Below are positions 47,933 to 59,495 of a stretch of DNA of 64,000 nt, piece after piece. Below the pieces are notes generated by a model. That model saw only the letters and a program-made list of their open reading frames with translations, had not been told where the DNA came from and did no database searches. The stretch is from assembly GCA_000146045.2 (NCBI GenBank), contig BK006945.2, positions 640,001 to 704,000 on the forward strand, in the 5' to 3' direction. The position numbers and the translations under genes were made by a program. Positions within the stretch are counted from its first letter, which is position 1. The number at the start of each line of letters is the position of its first letter. This DNA comes from TPA_inf: Saccharomyces. Taxonomy: Eukaryota.

Positions 47933-48039
47933 TATTATTTATGTTTAATCCACGTTACACCACCAATTATACAAAAATAAAAAAGAATGACGGCAAAAAA
48001 GCAAAAAGTGACATTAATCATATTTGTTTATGTCTTATT

Positions 48040-48710
48040 CTACTGGTAGTATTCATCCATTAGTATATTACTCTCTGTATAAGGTTATAATGTTGAAATG
48101 ATAATCAACTATTGTGTATGATCAATTGGTGAATAATTTGATAATTGTTGGGATTCCATTTTGCTTAAGGCAATATAATATTATGTATACACAATATACT
48201 AGAAGTTTCTCCTCAAGGATATAAGACTCAATAACATGGAAACAACATTTCTCCACAAAATTTTGTAATTATCTTTCTTCCATTTTATATGTTTCACATC
48301 CTATTAATCCTCAATTCTCGCATGTTCGGTTTCATATTAAATTTGACTACTGTTTCACATAGTATATTTGTTGAAATGAAACTCTAAAATATCATTTATT
48401 AGTAGTATTCATGTTACTAGAATCTATTATCATATGCGGTGTAACAAGATGGCATAAAGATTGGGAAACAGTCATCAAATATAATGGAAGCTGAAATGCA
48501 AGGACTGATAATGTAATAGGACAATGAAACATATAAAACGAAAGGTGTAATAATTATAAGATTTTGTGGAGAAATATTGTTTCTCTTTTATTGATTCGTA
48601 TATTCTCGAGGAGAACTTCTAGTATATTTCACATACTCAATAATATAACGTTTACTAAAGATGGTGTTAACATGTTAAAAAAACTTCGATTGTTAAGAGT
48701 CCTTTTGTTA
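48040..48710. mobile_element. Nest of degenerate Ty1/Ty2 delta LTR fragments in mixed orientation, 110-780 bp upstream of tRNA-Val. There is a plus-oriented delta at ~48369-48710, a minus-oriented delta 3' portion at ~48130-48368, and a short plus-oriented delta 5' fragment at ~48098-48130. Boundaries are approximate.
   Basis: The plus delta begins TGTTGAAATGAAACTC...ATCATATGCGGTGTAACAAGATGGCATAAAG...CTCGAGGAGAACTTCTAGTATAT. The minus fragment is ATAATTGTTGGGATTCCATTTTGCTTAAGGCAATATAATATTATGTATAC...CTAGAAGTTTCTCCTCAAGG, the reverse complement of a delta 3' half. Confidence 0.7.
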
Positions 48711-49082
48711 TACAACTCTTTAAACGACTGTTTAAACCTATCATTTCATCACAAACTGTAAAGGTAAGAGTTAAAGCAGATATATCACCTATCAACTGCA
48801 GCTAAATATCGTGAAATGAAAAACTAATCGTTATTTGCACCAATAAAGAACGAAAATCCCCCACTGAATTTAAAATATTTCTAAAGAACTAAAGTCATTT
48901 CGACTAATGAGAAACTAAAGTCAGAAACAAAAATGCAAAAGCAATATTAACTTATGTGAGCAAAATATTTCATATCTAATCTATGAAGGCAAAAGAATAT
49001 GATTAACTATTTTATTAATTTTAATTAAAATTTTATTCTCTTCATTCCAAGGATTTTGTTATTATTGTAATATGGGCGATGG

Positions 49083-51029
49083 TTAGGGTGACGGCGACTT
49101 ATAAAAATAATCACGAAAAATGTGAATTTTATTAGGGCTAAGAGAGGTTCTCTCCTCATATTCTCCTGAGCTGTCACTCATATTATCACCTGGAAAAAAT
49201 GGTAATGAGGTTGTGGTATTCAAGGGAGAAATTTCCGGAGATGAGCTTTCCCTCCCGCTGTTGATATAATCTTGGTATAGTAAATCTTCTTCCGCCTTTA
49301 TGGTTGCAATGGATAACTGAGAACAAGAGGCTGATTCTACTGGTCGCTCCTCTTTTCTTTTCATCAATGTATCGGTAGAATTATTCCAAGTGGTGTAGGT
49401 GAAGGAAGTTCTATGCTCATCATCGTGTAATGGCGTCTCGTTTAACGTGGTCCTTGTCTTAGCGCTTTTCCACTCTTTGGCCAAATTATCTTCAAGCTTT
49501 TGTGTTTTTGAACCTAAGGTCCTATCATCGGTATTTAATGTGAATGTGTCATCTATTATGGGAGGCCTGCTAAAAGGCTCTGGTTTTGGATAATTTTTAA
49601 ATTGTAAGATATCTGAGTCAGCCAGTGCTTTCCCTAGTCCGTGGTTACTAAATTCCCAATAGTTAAAATCTTGTAGCGATAAGTCATATGAGCTATCGGA
49701 CATGTCCTCATTAGTTTGGGAATCAGGCGGTTCAAAGAAATAATTAAATGGTTCAATTTCACAATCAATTGTTTCAGCTTTGAAAGTTTGGGATACAGGT
49801 TCGGTTTTACAAGCCGCTTTTGTTTCAAACGATTGATAAAATTTGTGCTTTAACGGGGAGTCGTTGTAGTAATCTGTATCTTTAATGAATTTTCTGAGAG
49901 GCTTTTTAGAATTTTCATTATTTTTCGACATAGTAACCTCTGCATTGCTAGCCCCCATTTTGGAAGGCCCAAGATTGGAATTAAATATCGATGAATTCGA
50001 AACCGCACGATTTAGATTTATTGCTGACAAAGAGATCGTTATTTCATAGTTTTTATAGTCATTATTATCGTAAAATGATCTATATTCGAAACCATTTACA
50101 TCATAACGACAACAGAACTGCAAATTCAGGAGACAAGTAGTTTTCCTTTCAAAAAAGTTAGTGTAAATCAAGTTTTTTGATATTAGATTTAACTTCAACG
50201 CAGATATATCAATAATAAATTTGAATTCGTCAACATGAGGGGTGACAGACTTGTTGTAGTGTGCATTAATATAGTGAATATCTGCCCAGTTATTTAAAGT
50301 AAATTTTATCTCTATTTTTTTCTCGAAGTTCAAATTATTGACAAATATAAGGCCCCAGATTTGACAGTTACCAAAATTATTGCTACAAATATCCTCGTAG
50401 CTTACAGGATCAGATAGTTCTAATGAATGAACCTTTATATTTTGTCCATTTAAGTATTTGAAAATCTTGTCTTCCAACCCAGTAACGTCCACTTTATAGT
50501 CACTTTTGAATGGATTCAAATTATTACTGACCAGTTTCCAATCTGCCATATCGAATGTCTCCTCTTCACCAAAGCAGAGAATCTCCTTTTCAATGAACAT
50601 GCTACGATCATGCATAAGCATTGCATTATCCTCTACGTCACTCTCGTTGTCATACTCAACATCCTTATTGTCATATTCTAAATCACTGTAATCTAAAATG
50701 TCTAAACTATAACGATGATCTTCACCTCCAATGAAGGGGAACGTTAGTGGAATGGCATTGTTATGCAAATTTCTTGTAAGATTTGAAGCGGCTTTTTCTG
50801 ATATCGAGATAGGCGCCAATTTTGTGTTGAACTTTTTGACTGTGTATAAATGTGCAGCAAACCTTACCGATTTCCCTGATGATGAAGATGATGTCGACGA
50901 AGATGCAGATGTAGAGTCTTCTAGTGGTGAAAATGAATTAGAGGTTGTTGAGGAAACAAAAGAAGAAGTGGAGATTGTTTTTGCGAGTTTCAAAGACGGT
51001 TTAAGCTTCTTACCATGGCTGTAAGGCAT
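49083..51029 (-). CDS. PIG1: Pig1, glycogen-targeting regulatory subunit of PP1 (Glc7) with a CBM21 starch/glycogen-binding domain (648 aa; starts at MPYSHGKK)
   Basis: The RVxF-type PP1 docking motif (KSVRFAAHL), a CBM21-like region (KFTLNNWADIHYINAHY) and Ser-rich tracts. 648 aa from the MPYSH start. Confidence 0.85.
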   Translation of the reverse strand: MPYSHGKKLKPSLKLAKTISTSSFVSSTTSNSFSPLEDSTSASSSTSSSSSGKSVRFAAHLYTVKKFNTKLAPISISEKAASNLTRNLHNNAIPLTFPFIGGEDHRYSLDILDYSDLEYDNKDVEYDNESDVEDNAMLMHDRSMFIEKEILCFGEEETFDMADWKLVSNNLNPFKSDYKVDVTGLEDKIFKYLNGQNIKVHSLELSDPVSYEDICSNNFGNCQIWGLIFVNNLNFEKKIEIKFTLNNWADIHYINAHYNKSVTPHVDEFKFIIDISALKLNLISKNLIYTNFFERKTTCLLNLQFCCRYDVNGFEYRSFYDNNDYKNYEITISLSAINLNRAVSNSSIFNSNLGPSKMGASNAEVTMSKNNENSKKPLRKFIKDTDYYNDSPLKHKFYQSFETKAACKTEPVSQTFKAETIDCEIEPFNYFFEPPDSQTNEDMSDSSYDLSLQDFNYWEFSNHGLGKALADSDILQFKNYPKPEPFSRPPIIDDTFTLNTDDRTLGSKTQKLEDNLAKEWKSAKTRTTLNETPLHDDEHRTSFTYTTWNNSTDTLMKRKEERPVESASCSQLSIATIKAEEDLLYQDYINSGRESSSPEISPLNTTTSLPFFPGDNMSDSSGEYEERTSLSPNKIHIFRDYFYKSPSP

Positions 51030-51554
51030 TTGTAAAAACAAAGAGTAAAATTATTGACCTTATAACAAGCGTCAAAGAAACGAGCATAGAAGTATTATAC
51101 GGCCTTTATTTGTCAGATTATACTCCAGACTTAGTAAAAAATTCAATTAAATTCCAAACTGCTTACCCCAGATTTAGTGAATAAGAGCCCTTTATTCTAC
51201 CCGCTTATCTCTGGATGTAAAACAAATAAACGCGTAATAGAGCAGTCAAACTAACAGCAGTAAACTGTCAATATCAAAAACGTAACAATTGATTCAAATC
51301 AGTTTATTCTAAGCCGCCTATGCCAGCCTTTAATTTTCTTCTCCTCCTCTTCACTCCCAGGTTAAGCCATTTAGTTTGTTGCTATGCGGTGTGTGGCGTG
51401 TTTCCCTTTTAGGAAAAGTGATTACTTGCAGTTTCGCGAAATCTCGAAGAATTTTTTCAACTTATTGAAAGAACATGAATATACTTGTTAACGTGATTAA
51501 ACGTTTTATCAGAACAACCTAAGAGTATCTCCTTGGTGAATTAGAAGCCAGATA

Positions 51555-53882
51555 ATGTCATTTGATAGACCGGAAATATACAGTGCTCCTGTTTTACAAG
51601 GAGAATCTCCTAACGACGATGATAATACTGAAATCATAAAGTCCTTTAAGAATTTCATTTTGGAGTTCAGACTTGACTCGCAATTTATTTACAGAGATCA
51701 GTTAAGGAACAACATCCTTGTGAAGAATTATTCTTTAACGGTTAACATGGAGCATTTGATCGGATATAACGAAGACATATATAAGAAACTATCAGACGAA
51801 CCTTCAGATATCATTCCATTATTCGAAACCGCGATCACACAAGTGGCTAAAAGGATAAGTATTCTAAGCAGAGCTCAATCTGCTAATAACAATGACAAAG
51901 ATCCAGAAAATACTAGTATGGATACTGATTCTCTCTTATTGAACTCTTTACCAACATTTCAATTAATTTTAAACTCCAATGCAAATCAGATTCCATTGAG
52001 AGATTTGGATTCTGAACACGTCTCCAAGATTGTCCGTTTATCAGGTATTATAATATCCACGTCAGTTTTATCTTCCCGTGCCACGTACCTTTCTATAATG
52101 TGCAGAAATTGCAGACACACAACATCAATAACAATCAACAATTTCAATTCTATCACAGGCAATACCGTCAGTTTACCACGTTCTTGCTTATCTACGATTG
52201 AGAGTGAATCTTCTATGGCAAACGAGTCGAATATTGGTGATGAATCGACCAAGAAAAATTGTGGACCTGATCCATATATTATTATCCATGAGTCTTCAAA
52301 GTTTATTGATCAACAGTTTTTAAAATTACAGGAAATCCCAGAACTGGTTCCAGTAGGTGAGATGCCTAGAAACTTAACAATGACTTGTGACCGATACCTA
52401 ACAAACAAAGTTATTCCTGGTACGAGAGTCACTATAGTAGGTATTTATTCCATCTATAATTCTAAAAATGGTGCCGGATCCGGAAGGAGCGGGGGTGGAA
52501 ATGGAGGAAGTGGTGTTGCTATTAGAACACCTTATATCAAAATATTAGGTATTCAGTCCGATGTAGAAACCTCCTCTATTTGGAATTCAGTAACTATGTT
52601 TACTGAGGAGGAAGAAGAGGAATTTCTACAGCTAAGTAGAAACCCGAAGCTTTATGAAATTTTGACCAACTCTATTGCCCCCTCTATTTTTGGTAATGAA
52701 GATATAAAAAAAGCCATTGTATGTTTATTGATGGGTGGTTCCAAGAAGATATTACCCGATGGTATGAGGTTAAGAGGTGATATCAATGTACTATTATTAG
52801 GTGATCCAGGTACCGCCAAATCTCAACTATTGAAATTTGTGGAGAAAGTGTCACCTATTGCGGTATATACATCTGGTAAGGGATCTTCTGCAGCTGGGTT
52901 AACTGCCAGTGTACAAAGAGATCCGATGACAAGAGAATTTTATTTGGAAGGTGGTGCTATGGTGCTTGCCGATGGTGGTGTTGTATGCATCGATGAATTC
53001 GATAAAATGAGAGATGAAGATAGAGTGGCCATTCATGAAGCTATGGAGCAGCAAACAATCTCCATCGCAAAAGCTGGTATCACTACAGTGCTAAATTCTA
53101 GAACTAGTGTTTTAGCGGCTGCTAATCCGATATACGGCCGGTATGATGATTTGAAGTCTCCTGGTGACAACATTGATTTCCAAACTACTATTTTATCCCG
53201 TTTTGATATGATTTTTATTGTTAAGGATGACCATAATGAAGAACGTGATATTTCAATAGCTAACCACGTTATTAATATTCATACAGGAAATGCTAATGCT
53301 ATGCAAAACCAACAAGAGGAAAATGGCAGTGAAATTAGTATTGAAAAGATGAAACGTTACATTACGTATTGTAGATTGAAATGTGCACCAAGACTTTCAC
53401 CGCAGGCCGCTGAAAAACTGTCATCGAACTTCGTCACCATTAGGAAGCAATTATTAATCAACGAATTAGAGTCAACGGAAAGGTCGTCTATTCCAATTAC
53501 CATTCGTCAATTAGAAGCTATTATTAGAATAACAGAATCATTAGCCAAGTTAGAATTAAGTCCTATTGCACAGGAGAGACATGTTGACGAAGCTATTAGA
53601 TTGTTTCAAGCTTCCACAATGGACGCAGCGTCTCAGGATCCAATTGGCGGCTTAAATCAAGCAAGCGGAACATCTTTGTCAGAAATCCGTCGTTTTGAAC
53701 AAGAACTAAAAAGAAGATTACCTATAGGCTGGTCTACTTCTTATCAAACTTTGAGGAGAGAATTTGTAGATACACATAGATTTTCTCAATTAGCACTGGA
53801 TAAGGCCTTATATGCCCTAGAGAAGCATGAAACAATTCAATTGAGACACCAGGGACAGAATATTTACAGAAGTGGTGTATGA
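51555..53882 (+). CDS. MCM5: Mcm5 (Cdc46), MCM2-7 replicative-helicase subunit (775 aa)
   Basis: Walker A GDPGTAKS, the MCM-box IDEFDKM and an arginine-finger region. 775 aa. Confidence 0.95.
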
Positions 53883-54377
53883 CAACAATAAAGTCTTAGC
53901 TTGACGCCTTTTCTACTTGTTTGCATGTAATGAATCTAAAAAATTCGCTACAAATACTTCATTATTATATTTCTATATAAATTCTGTAAACGAAATTATA
54001 CTTTTTGAGGTTTCATCTGCGTCTCATATTCTTTTTGTATAATAAACGCACAGACTTGATATGACCGTCAATCAAAATAATTCAAAGCTTCTTAAAAAAG
54101 AAATTGAAATCAAAGACATACGAAAGAAATTAGAAAATAGAGGTCGATTTACCACTGAACAATCCTACAGTACATGAGCTCTTGAAGTGACTTTATGGGG
54201 ACCAATTTGTCCTATCGTGATATTACTACGGGTAATACTACCAAATGAAAATTATCTTACTCAAAAGGTATGACAAGAACATCATCACTAGAACATCATC
54301 ATTCTTAATAGCAAGCGCCATCACGTTTGCCCCGCCTTTGACAGTTGATTAGAGGAGTATTATAAAACCGTTTTATC

Positions 54378-54800
54378 ATGTCGTATGTTTGATCTTAACC
54401 ATTTTTACATCCTATAATTTGGAGTGAATTTTTATATACTAACTTAAAAGTAATTGATTTGTATCTTTCCAGTTCACAAATAATTGATCGTCCAAAACAT
54501 GAACTCTCTAGAGCAGAATTAGAGGAACTAGAAGAATTTGAATTCAAACATGGTCCAATGTCCCTGATAAATGATGCTATGGTGACAAGAACACCTGTGA
54601 TAATCTCATTAAGAAACAATCATAAAATAATAGCGAGAGTGAAAGCTTTCGACAGGCATTGTAATATGGTTTTAGAAAATGTGAAGGAGCTTTGGACAGA
54701 GAAGAAGGGCAAAAATGTAATTAATCGGGAAAGATTCATAAGTAAACTATTCTTAAGAGGTGATTCAGTTATCGTTGTGTTAAAAACCCCTGTTGAGTAA
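54378..54800 (+). CDS. SMD2: Sm D2 core snRNP protein (110 aa), spliced as join(54378..54382,54473..54800)
   Basis: Exon 1 is ATGTC. The intron has a GTATGT donor at 54383, the branchpoint TACTAAC at 54437-54443 and the acceptor AG at 54471-54472. The spliced product is MSSQIIDRPKHELSRAELEELEEFEFKHGPM... with the Sm fold. The 113-aa unspliced track ORF (MYLSSSQ) is an artefact. Confidence 0.9.
54383..54472 (+). other. SMD2 spliceosomal intron (90 nt)
   Basis: It has the canonical yeast GUAUGU...UACUAAC...AG signals. Splicing restores the frame to give MSSQII. Confidence 0.85.
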
Positions 54801-55045
54801 AAAGTAAGACAAGCAGCCCTCAATCAACAAGGAAAGCAAATCATCGTAAGAAACTTTACAGTCAGCGGAAAGCCTTTTTTTATTTTGGAAGTAAGACCAA
54901 TTATTATTGGCTGATTTTCTAGCTCTTGCGAAAGTATTATATTCAAGAAAACGAATAAAGCATCTATATTATCACATTTAACTAAAGAGCATTTTTAATA
55001 AGTAGATTTTTACATAAAATATAGAATAAATATCAATATTATTAA

Positions 55046-56830
55046 TCATTTGAAGTTCTTCAACGGGTCTACTTTACCATTCTTTGGCTTACTGACTCTT
55101 CCCTTTTTATGTGAATGGCGCTTCTTAGCATTGTGGAAAGGAACAAACTTGACTTTGGTTCCATTTCCTCTGGCTGATTCAGGAAGCAAGTAATCTGGAA
55201 CACGCTTTAAATGCTGTTGCACTCTTGCTGGATGTAATTCTTTATCGTGTCTTAAACTTTGTAGCTCTTTTGGATTCTCCTCAAAATGTCTTTTCAACTT
55301 CTCACTTGCCAATAGTTCTTGTTTCAACTCTTTGACCCTAGCTTCTCTAATGGCAACTTGAGTAACAGCACGGAAACCGTCTTCCATTCTGTAACGGAAC
55401 GCCTCGACCTGCTTTTGATCGAATTTGTAAGGCTGTAATTCTAATCCAAGTTTGCTCTGTTGTTTGATGATTCGTGAAAGAATCCTTTCATCCTTCTTTG
55501 CTGTCTGTAGCATTGATGGCTTATGCTTACCAAATTCTTTCAGTGGGACTACGAATGAAATTGCAGTACCGGTCTTTCCGCCACGAGCAGTTCTACCTAC
55601 TCTATGCACGTAGGACTTAGCCGTCGTAGGTAAATCGAAATTGAGGACACATGCAACATTTTTGAAATCAACACCACGAGAAACACCATATTCCTTATCT
55701 TTCTTCACTTGGACCTTCTTTTTCTTGCTTGGTTTCTTATCGTTCTCAGGCTCGCCTTCCAAGCTTTTTTCTTCTTGATTTTCTGTATTGTGCCCTTCTT
55801 CTATTTCGTCATCTTCCTCTTTTATGTACTCGGTGTCATCTGTGGCAATCAATAGTTGGTAAACGTTTTTATTGAATTGGTCAACAATATGTTGCCTCGA
55901 ATTAACGGGTAGCTCGCTGTTTAAAATACAGGACTTGATACCAAATTGTTCCATAACTAGCTTGAGCCTATATCCTCTGTCAATATTATTTACAAAAATT
56001 AATGTTTTACCCTTGATTAAGTTAAGTTTAAAAATGACATAGCATAGTAAGAATTTGTCAAATTCACTGACTTTAACGTAATATTGAAGTAATTTGTTTT
56101 GGTTCTTATTTATTTCCTCGTCATTGAATTTAAGAATAGCTGGAGAACGACAAAATTTTTGTTTCAAAGCCTGTATATCGTCATTTAGGGTTGCACTCAT
56201 CAAAAATGTTTGTAAATTTTTTTTCAATGGTAAGTACTCTCCAATTTTGTTTAAATCATCTTGATAACCAAATGTTAACACTAAATCCACCTCATCAACT
56301 ACTAAAAATTTTAGTTCGTTCAATGAGATAGAATTAATCTTTGTTTGCAACAAATCCAATAATTTACCAGGTGTACCAACTATGATTTCTGGTTGATCCA
56401 TAAGTAGAGTGCTCAAAACTGAGTCAGACATATCGGATGATATGTTCAGAGTTCTTATATCTTTTGAACAATATAAGACTAGTTTTTCTAAAACATTATA
56501 TACTTGTTGAGCCAGTTCTCTTGTTGGAACAAGTATAATACCTAGTGTACCATTTTCCTCTCCGTTATCAATTGTTTTTTTATATTCTAGGATAGTTTCA
56601 ATTACAGGAATGAGGTATGCCAAAGTTTTTCCGGAACCTGTAGCGGCCTTTGCTATAATATCTCTCTTCTGTTGTAAAGCCAAAGGAATAGCATGTGATT
56701 GAATTAATGTTGGGTACTGAAATCCTATATTCTTAATAGCTTGTAATAAACGAGAGTCGAGATGAAATGCTTCGAACGTTGTAGAATCGTCAATATAAGC
56801 GCCTTCCACAGACTTTTTCTCATAGCTCAT
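55046..56830 (-). CDS. DBP9: Dbp9, nucleolar DEAD-box RNA helicase for 60S biogenesis (594 aa)
   Basis: Q-motif, Walker [13 protein letters not shown] (DEAD variant), SAT and HRVGRTAR motifs. Confidence 0.9.
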
Positions 56831-56955
56831 TTTTTTGATCTTTCGTTGCAGTTTTGGCTTAGTCTATTTCTTTTGTGAGATAAATTGTAGATTGACTATA
56901 ACTATCAGCCAAAACAAAAGGCTCTTACTCAATGAAAGAAATTAGAAGAATCGAA

Positions 56956-56989
56956 ATGAAATGAGATGAGATGAGATGAGATGAGATGG
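56956..56989. promoter_or_regulatory. (ATGAG)5-6 pentanucleotide microsatellite that reiterates the PAC core GATGAG four or more times, about 130-160 bp upstream of DBP9
   Basis: aatgaaATGAGATGAGATGAGATGAGATGAGATGG. Each 5-bp step regenerates GATGAG, and it reads CTCATC on the DBP9 coding strand. Confidence 0.55.
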
Positions 56990-57015
56990 TCTAGAAGAGT
57001 TATTCTTTATGTTCG

Positions 57016-57030
57016 TGAAAAAAAATTTTT
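57016..57030. promoter_or_regulatory. RRPE-like element TGAAAAAAAATTTTT, about 190 bp upstream of DBP9
   Basis: It matches the ribosomal RNA processing element consensus TGAAAAWTTTT with an extended A-run. It lies within 60 bp of the PAC-core repeat, the usual Ribi-regulon pairing. Confidence 0.5.
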
Positions 57031-57155
57031 AAAATTTCATCTCTAGGTTTCATTACGTAAAGAGTGATTAAGGTAAACAATAAAAGGCAGTTCTAACCAG
57101 ATTTTGGTTTGGTATTACTTCTATAAAGTAGTCTACTTAGTATGCGTAACTGTTT

Positions 57156-59495
57156 TTAACATAGCGGTGTGACCAAATTACCACCAATATTTAAGAGGCT
57201 TTCCACCCTACCTTTCAAAGGATTTGAATTACATTCTAAAATTTTCATATTGTTGAAGTCAATCTTAGCAGTGCTTTTACCTATGGTAACCACTCCAGTT
57301 ATAGTTTCCTCTTTATTACTTGCATATTCATCTTTATTGAGAAATAAAGTAAAACAGTCACCAAACTGTTCTTTAAACAACCTTGAGATTTGCTTCACCC
57401 TCTCAACTTCATCAATCTTACCTTGTGCATTAGACTGCACATTGTTATGATCATGATCATCACAAGAATGACTCGAAAGCTTGACACTGGCGGGAGCTGA
57501 ATCCACATTCATAAGTATAGCAATAATGGAGTCTGCTACAGTGTCATTCATTAAATCTTGAGTCCATTCCACAACGGCTAGAGTATTAACAATAGTTAAC
57601 TTAATATCACCCATTATCTGTAGAATCAATTTACCTGTATTGGTCAGATTGTCTTTTGACTCTTCTTTAACCTTTGGTTCTTGATTTGTTACTCTATCAT
57701 CATCTTGAAGAACTTCAGCCTCTCCAAACATTTGTAAAATGTGCCAGTAAATTAGCTCCTTTTTACAATTTACACGAACTGACTGGCGCTCTCTTAATAT
57801 CGTTGTAGAAAGATCGGGATGGTGCTCTCTTAAATCAGACAAAGAAAGGAAGTCTAATTCGAAATTTTTGTCATCTGAAACTAGAATCCCAGAAACGACT
57901 ATGTCTTTGTGTTCCTCTTCATCAACCAAACCTTTTTCTGCTTGAGAATCCAAGTTGTCTTCGTTTTCTTCCTTTATAGGTTCAATTTTAGCCGCAATTT
58001 CTTCCTTTATCTCTACGTTTTCTTCTTTATATATTTCGTTCACAATATTTCCCACAGCTTTTGCAACCTTGACACCTTGAAATTCAAGATCTACTTCAAC
58101 ACAGTTTCTAGGATTAAAAACATGGACTTCATTATCTGTACCCTTTAAAGACGCGAAATTGGATAACAATGCAGATTTCAAACGGCCCATGGGATTGGCT
58201 TCTCCATGAACAAGGATGATATTTGGCGCACTAATCTTTTCAATAAATTCTAAATTTTCCTGGAAGTCAACGTGTGCGGCAAAGGAGATTTCTTCAACTT
58301 GACAACGTCTTGGAATGGTTATTTCCGGATTATTTATGGAAGGTATTGTATCTGGCTCAAGCATAATAAATTTCGCCATTGTTCCTTCGATGGAGTAACC
58401 GGTGATTAGTACTAGATTTTTATCTTCAGGGCACCACCTTTCAAGTAAATCTCTTGATAACCCACTTTGCAGCATACCTGGTGAGGCCAACATCACACTG
58501 GGACCAAAATCTTGGAAATCCTCCAAGTTTCTAAGATAAGATATATTTTTGAATATGAAGGGATTAGTCTGAGAGTCTCTAAATTTTTTTCTAATGTCAT
58601 CATTCATCATATTTACATAGGTTTGAAAAACGCTCATACATTTTTTTGCCAAATTTGATGCATAAAATATTGGGACTTGTCCACCACCGAGTTCATCAGC
58701 ATGTTGAGACCAGTACTCATCCAGTATAAGCATGATTTCTTGAGCTCTCCCTAAAGCAAAAACAGGCAGTAGAACACGGCCTCCTCTCATCACTGTGGAA
58801 TGGATTAGTTGGGTTAGCTTCCTTTCTCTATTTAAACGGGGCTCGTGAGTAGCGGTACCAAAGGTAGATTCCACAATTAATACGTTGGATGAAAGTGGAG
58901 GCACCTCAGCAGAATTTAAGTGACGATCTACTTCTCTCGAATAGTCACCTGTGAATAACACCCTAAGGCCAGCAATCTCTATTTGAAACATCGCTGCACC
59001 CAATACATGGCCTGCATGGAATGCCGTAAATTTGATACCATTGACGTCAACAGTAGAATGATAGTCCACCGTTTCAATTTTATCGAAAGAATCAACTAAA
59101 TCCTCATCTGAGAATAGACCTTCGTCTTTAGTCCCCATAGAGGAGGATGAAGAACCTATACTAGTAACTCTTACAAAATCTCGCAGTAGCCATCTGTAAA
59201 TGGCTTTGGTTGGATGTGTCATGAAAACTCTGCCTTGAAAGTTAGTCCGTTGCATCACATACGGAAGTGAAGCGGCATGGTCTAAATGGAAATGTGATAT
59301 CAGTAAGATATCGACTTTGGAAAGATCAAATTCATCGTAAAAAGGTAATGAAGCTAATCCTTGATATGCCGGATGAATTCCTGCGTCGAGCATCACTGTT
59401 TTACCTTTATATTGCAATATATGACATGATCGTCCAACTTCGTTACTTCCTCCCAATGAAAAAAATTTGAATGTTGTTGTATTTGTTCGCTCCAT
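57156..59495 (-). CDS. YSH1: Ysh1 (Brr5), CPSF-73-like mRNA 3'-end endonuclease of the metallo-beta-lactamase / beta-CASP family (779 aa)
   Basis: HxHxDH motif (ISHFHLDHAASLPY) and beta-CASP signatures. 779 aa. Confidence 0.95.
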   Translation of the reverse strand: MERTNTTTFKFFSLGGSNEVGRSCHILQYKGKTVMLDAGIHPAYQGLASLPFYDEFDLSKVDILLISHFHLDHAASLPYVMQRTNFQGRVFMTHPTKAIYRWLLRDFVRVTSIGSSSSSMGTKDEGLFSDEDLVDSFDKIETVDYHSTVDVNGIKFTAFHAGHVLGAAMFQIEIAGLRVLFTGDYSREVDRHLNSAEVPPLSSNVLIVESTFGTATHEPRLNRERKLTQLIHSTVMRGGRVLLPVFALGRAQEIMLILDEYWSQHADELGGGQVPIFYASNLAKKCMSVFQTYVNMMNDDIRKKFRDSQTNPFIFKNISYLRNLEDFQDFGPSVMLASPGMLQSGLSRDLLERWCPEDKNLVLITGYSIEGTMAKFIMLEPDTIPSINNPEITIPRRCQVEEISFAAHVDFQENLEFIEKISAPNIILVHGEANPMGRLKSALLSNFASLKGTDNEVHVFNPRNCVEVDLEFQGVKVAKAVGNIVNEIYKEENVEIKEEIAAKIEPIKEENEDNLDSQAEKGLVDEEEHKDIVVSGILVSDDKNFELDFLSLSDLREHHPDLSTTILRERQSVRVNCKKELIYWHILQMFGEAEVLQDDDRVTNQEPKVKEESKDNLTNTGKLILQIMGDIKLTIVNTLAVVEWTQDLMNDTVADSIIAILMNVDSAPASVKLSSHSCDDHDHNNVQSNAQGKIDEVERVKQISRLFKEQFGDCFTLFLNKDEYASNKEETITGVVTIGKSTAKIDFNNMKILECNSNPLKGRVESLLNIGGNLVTPLC

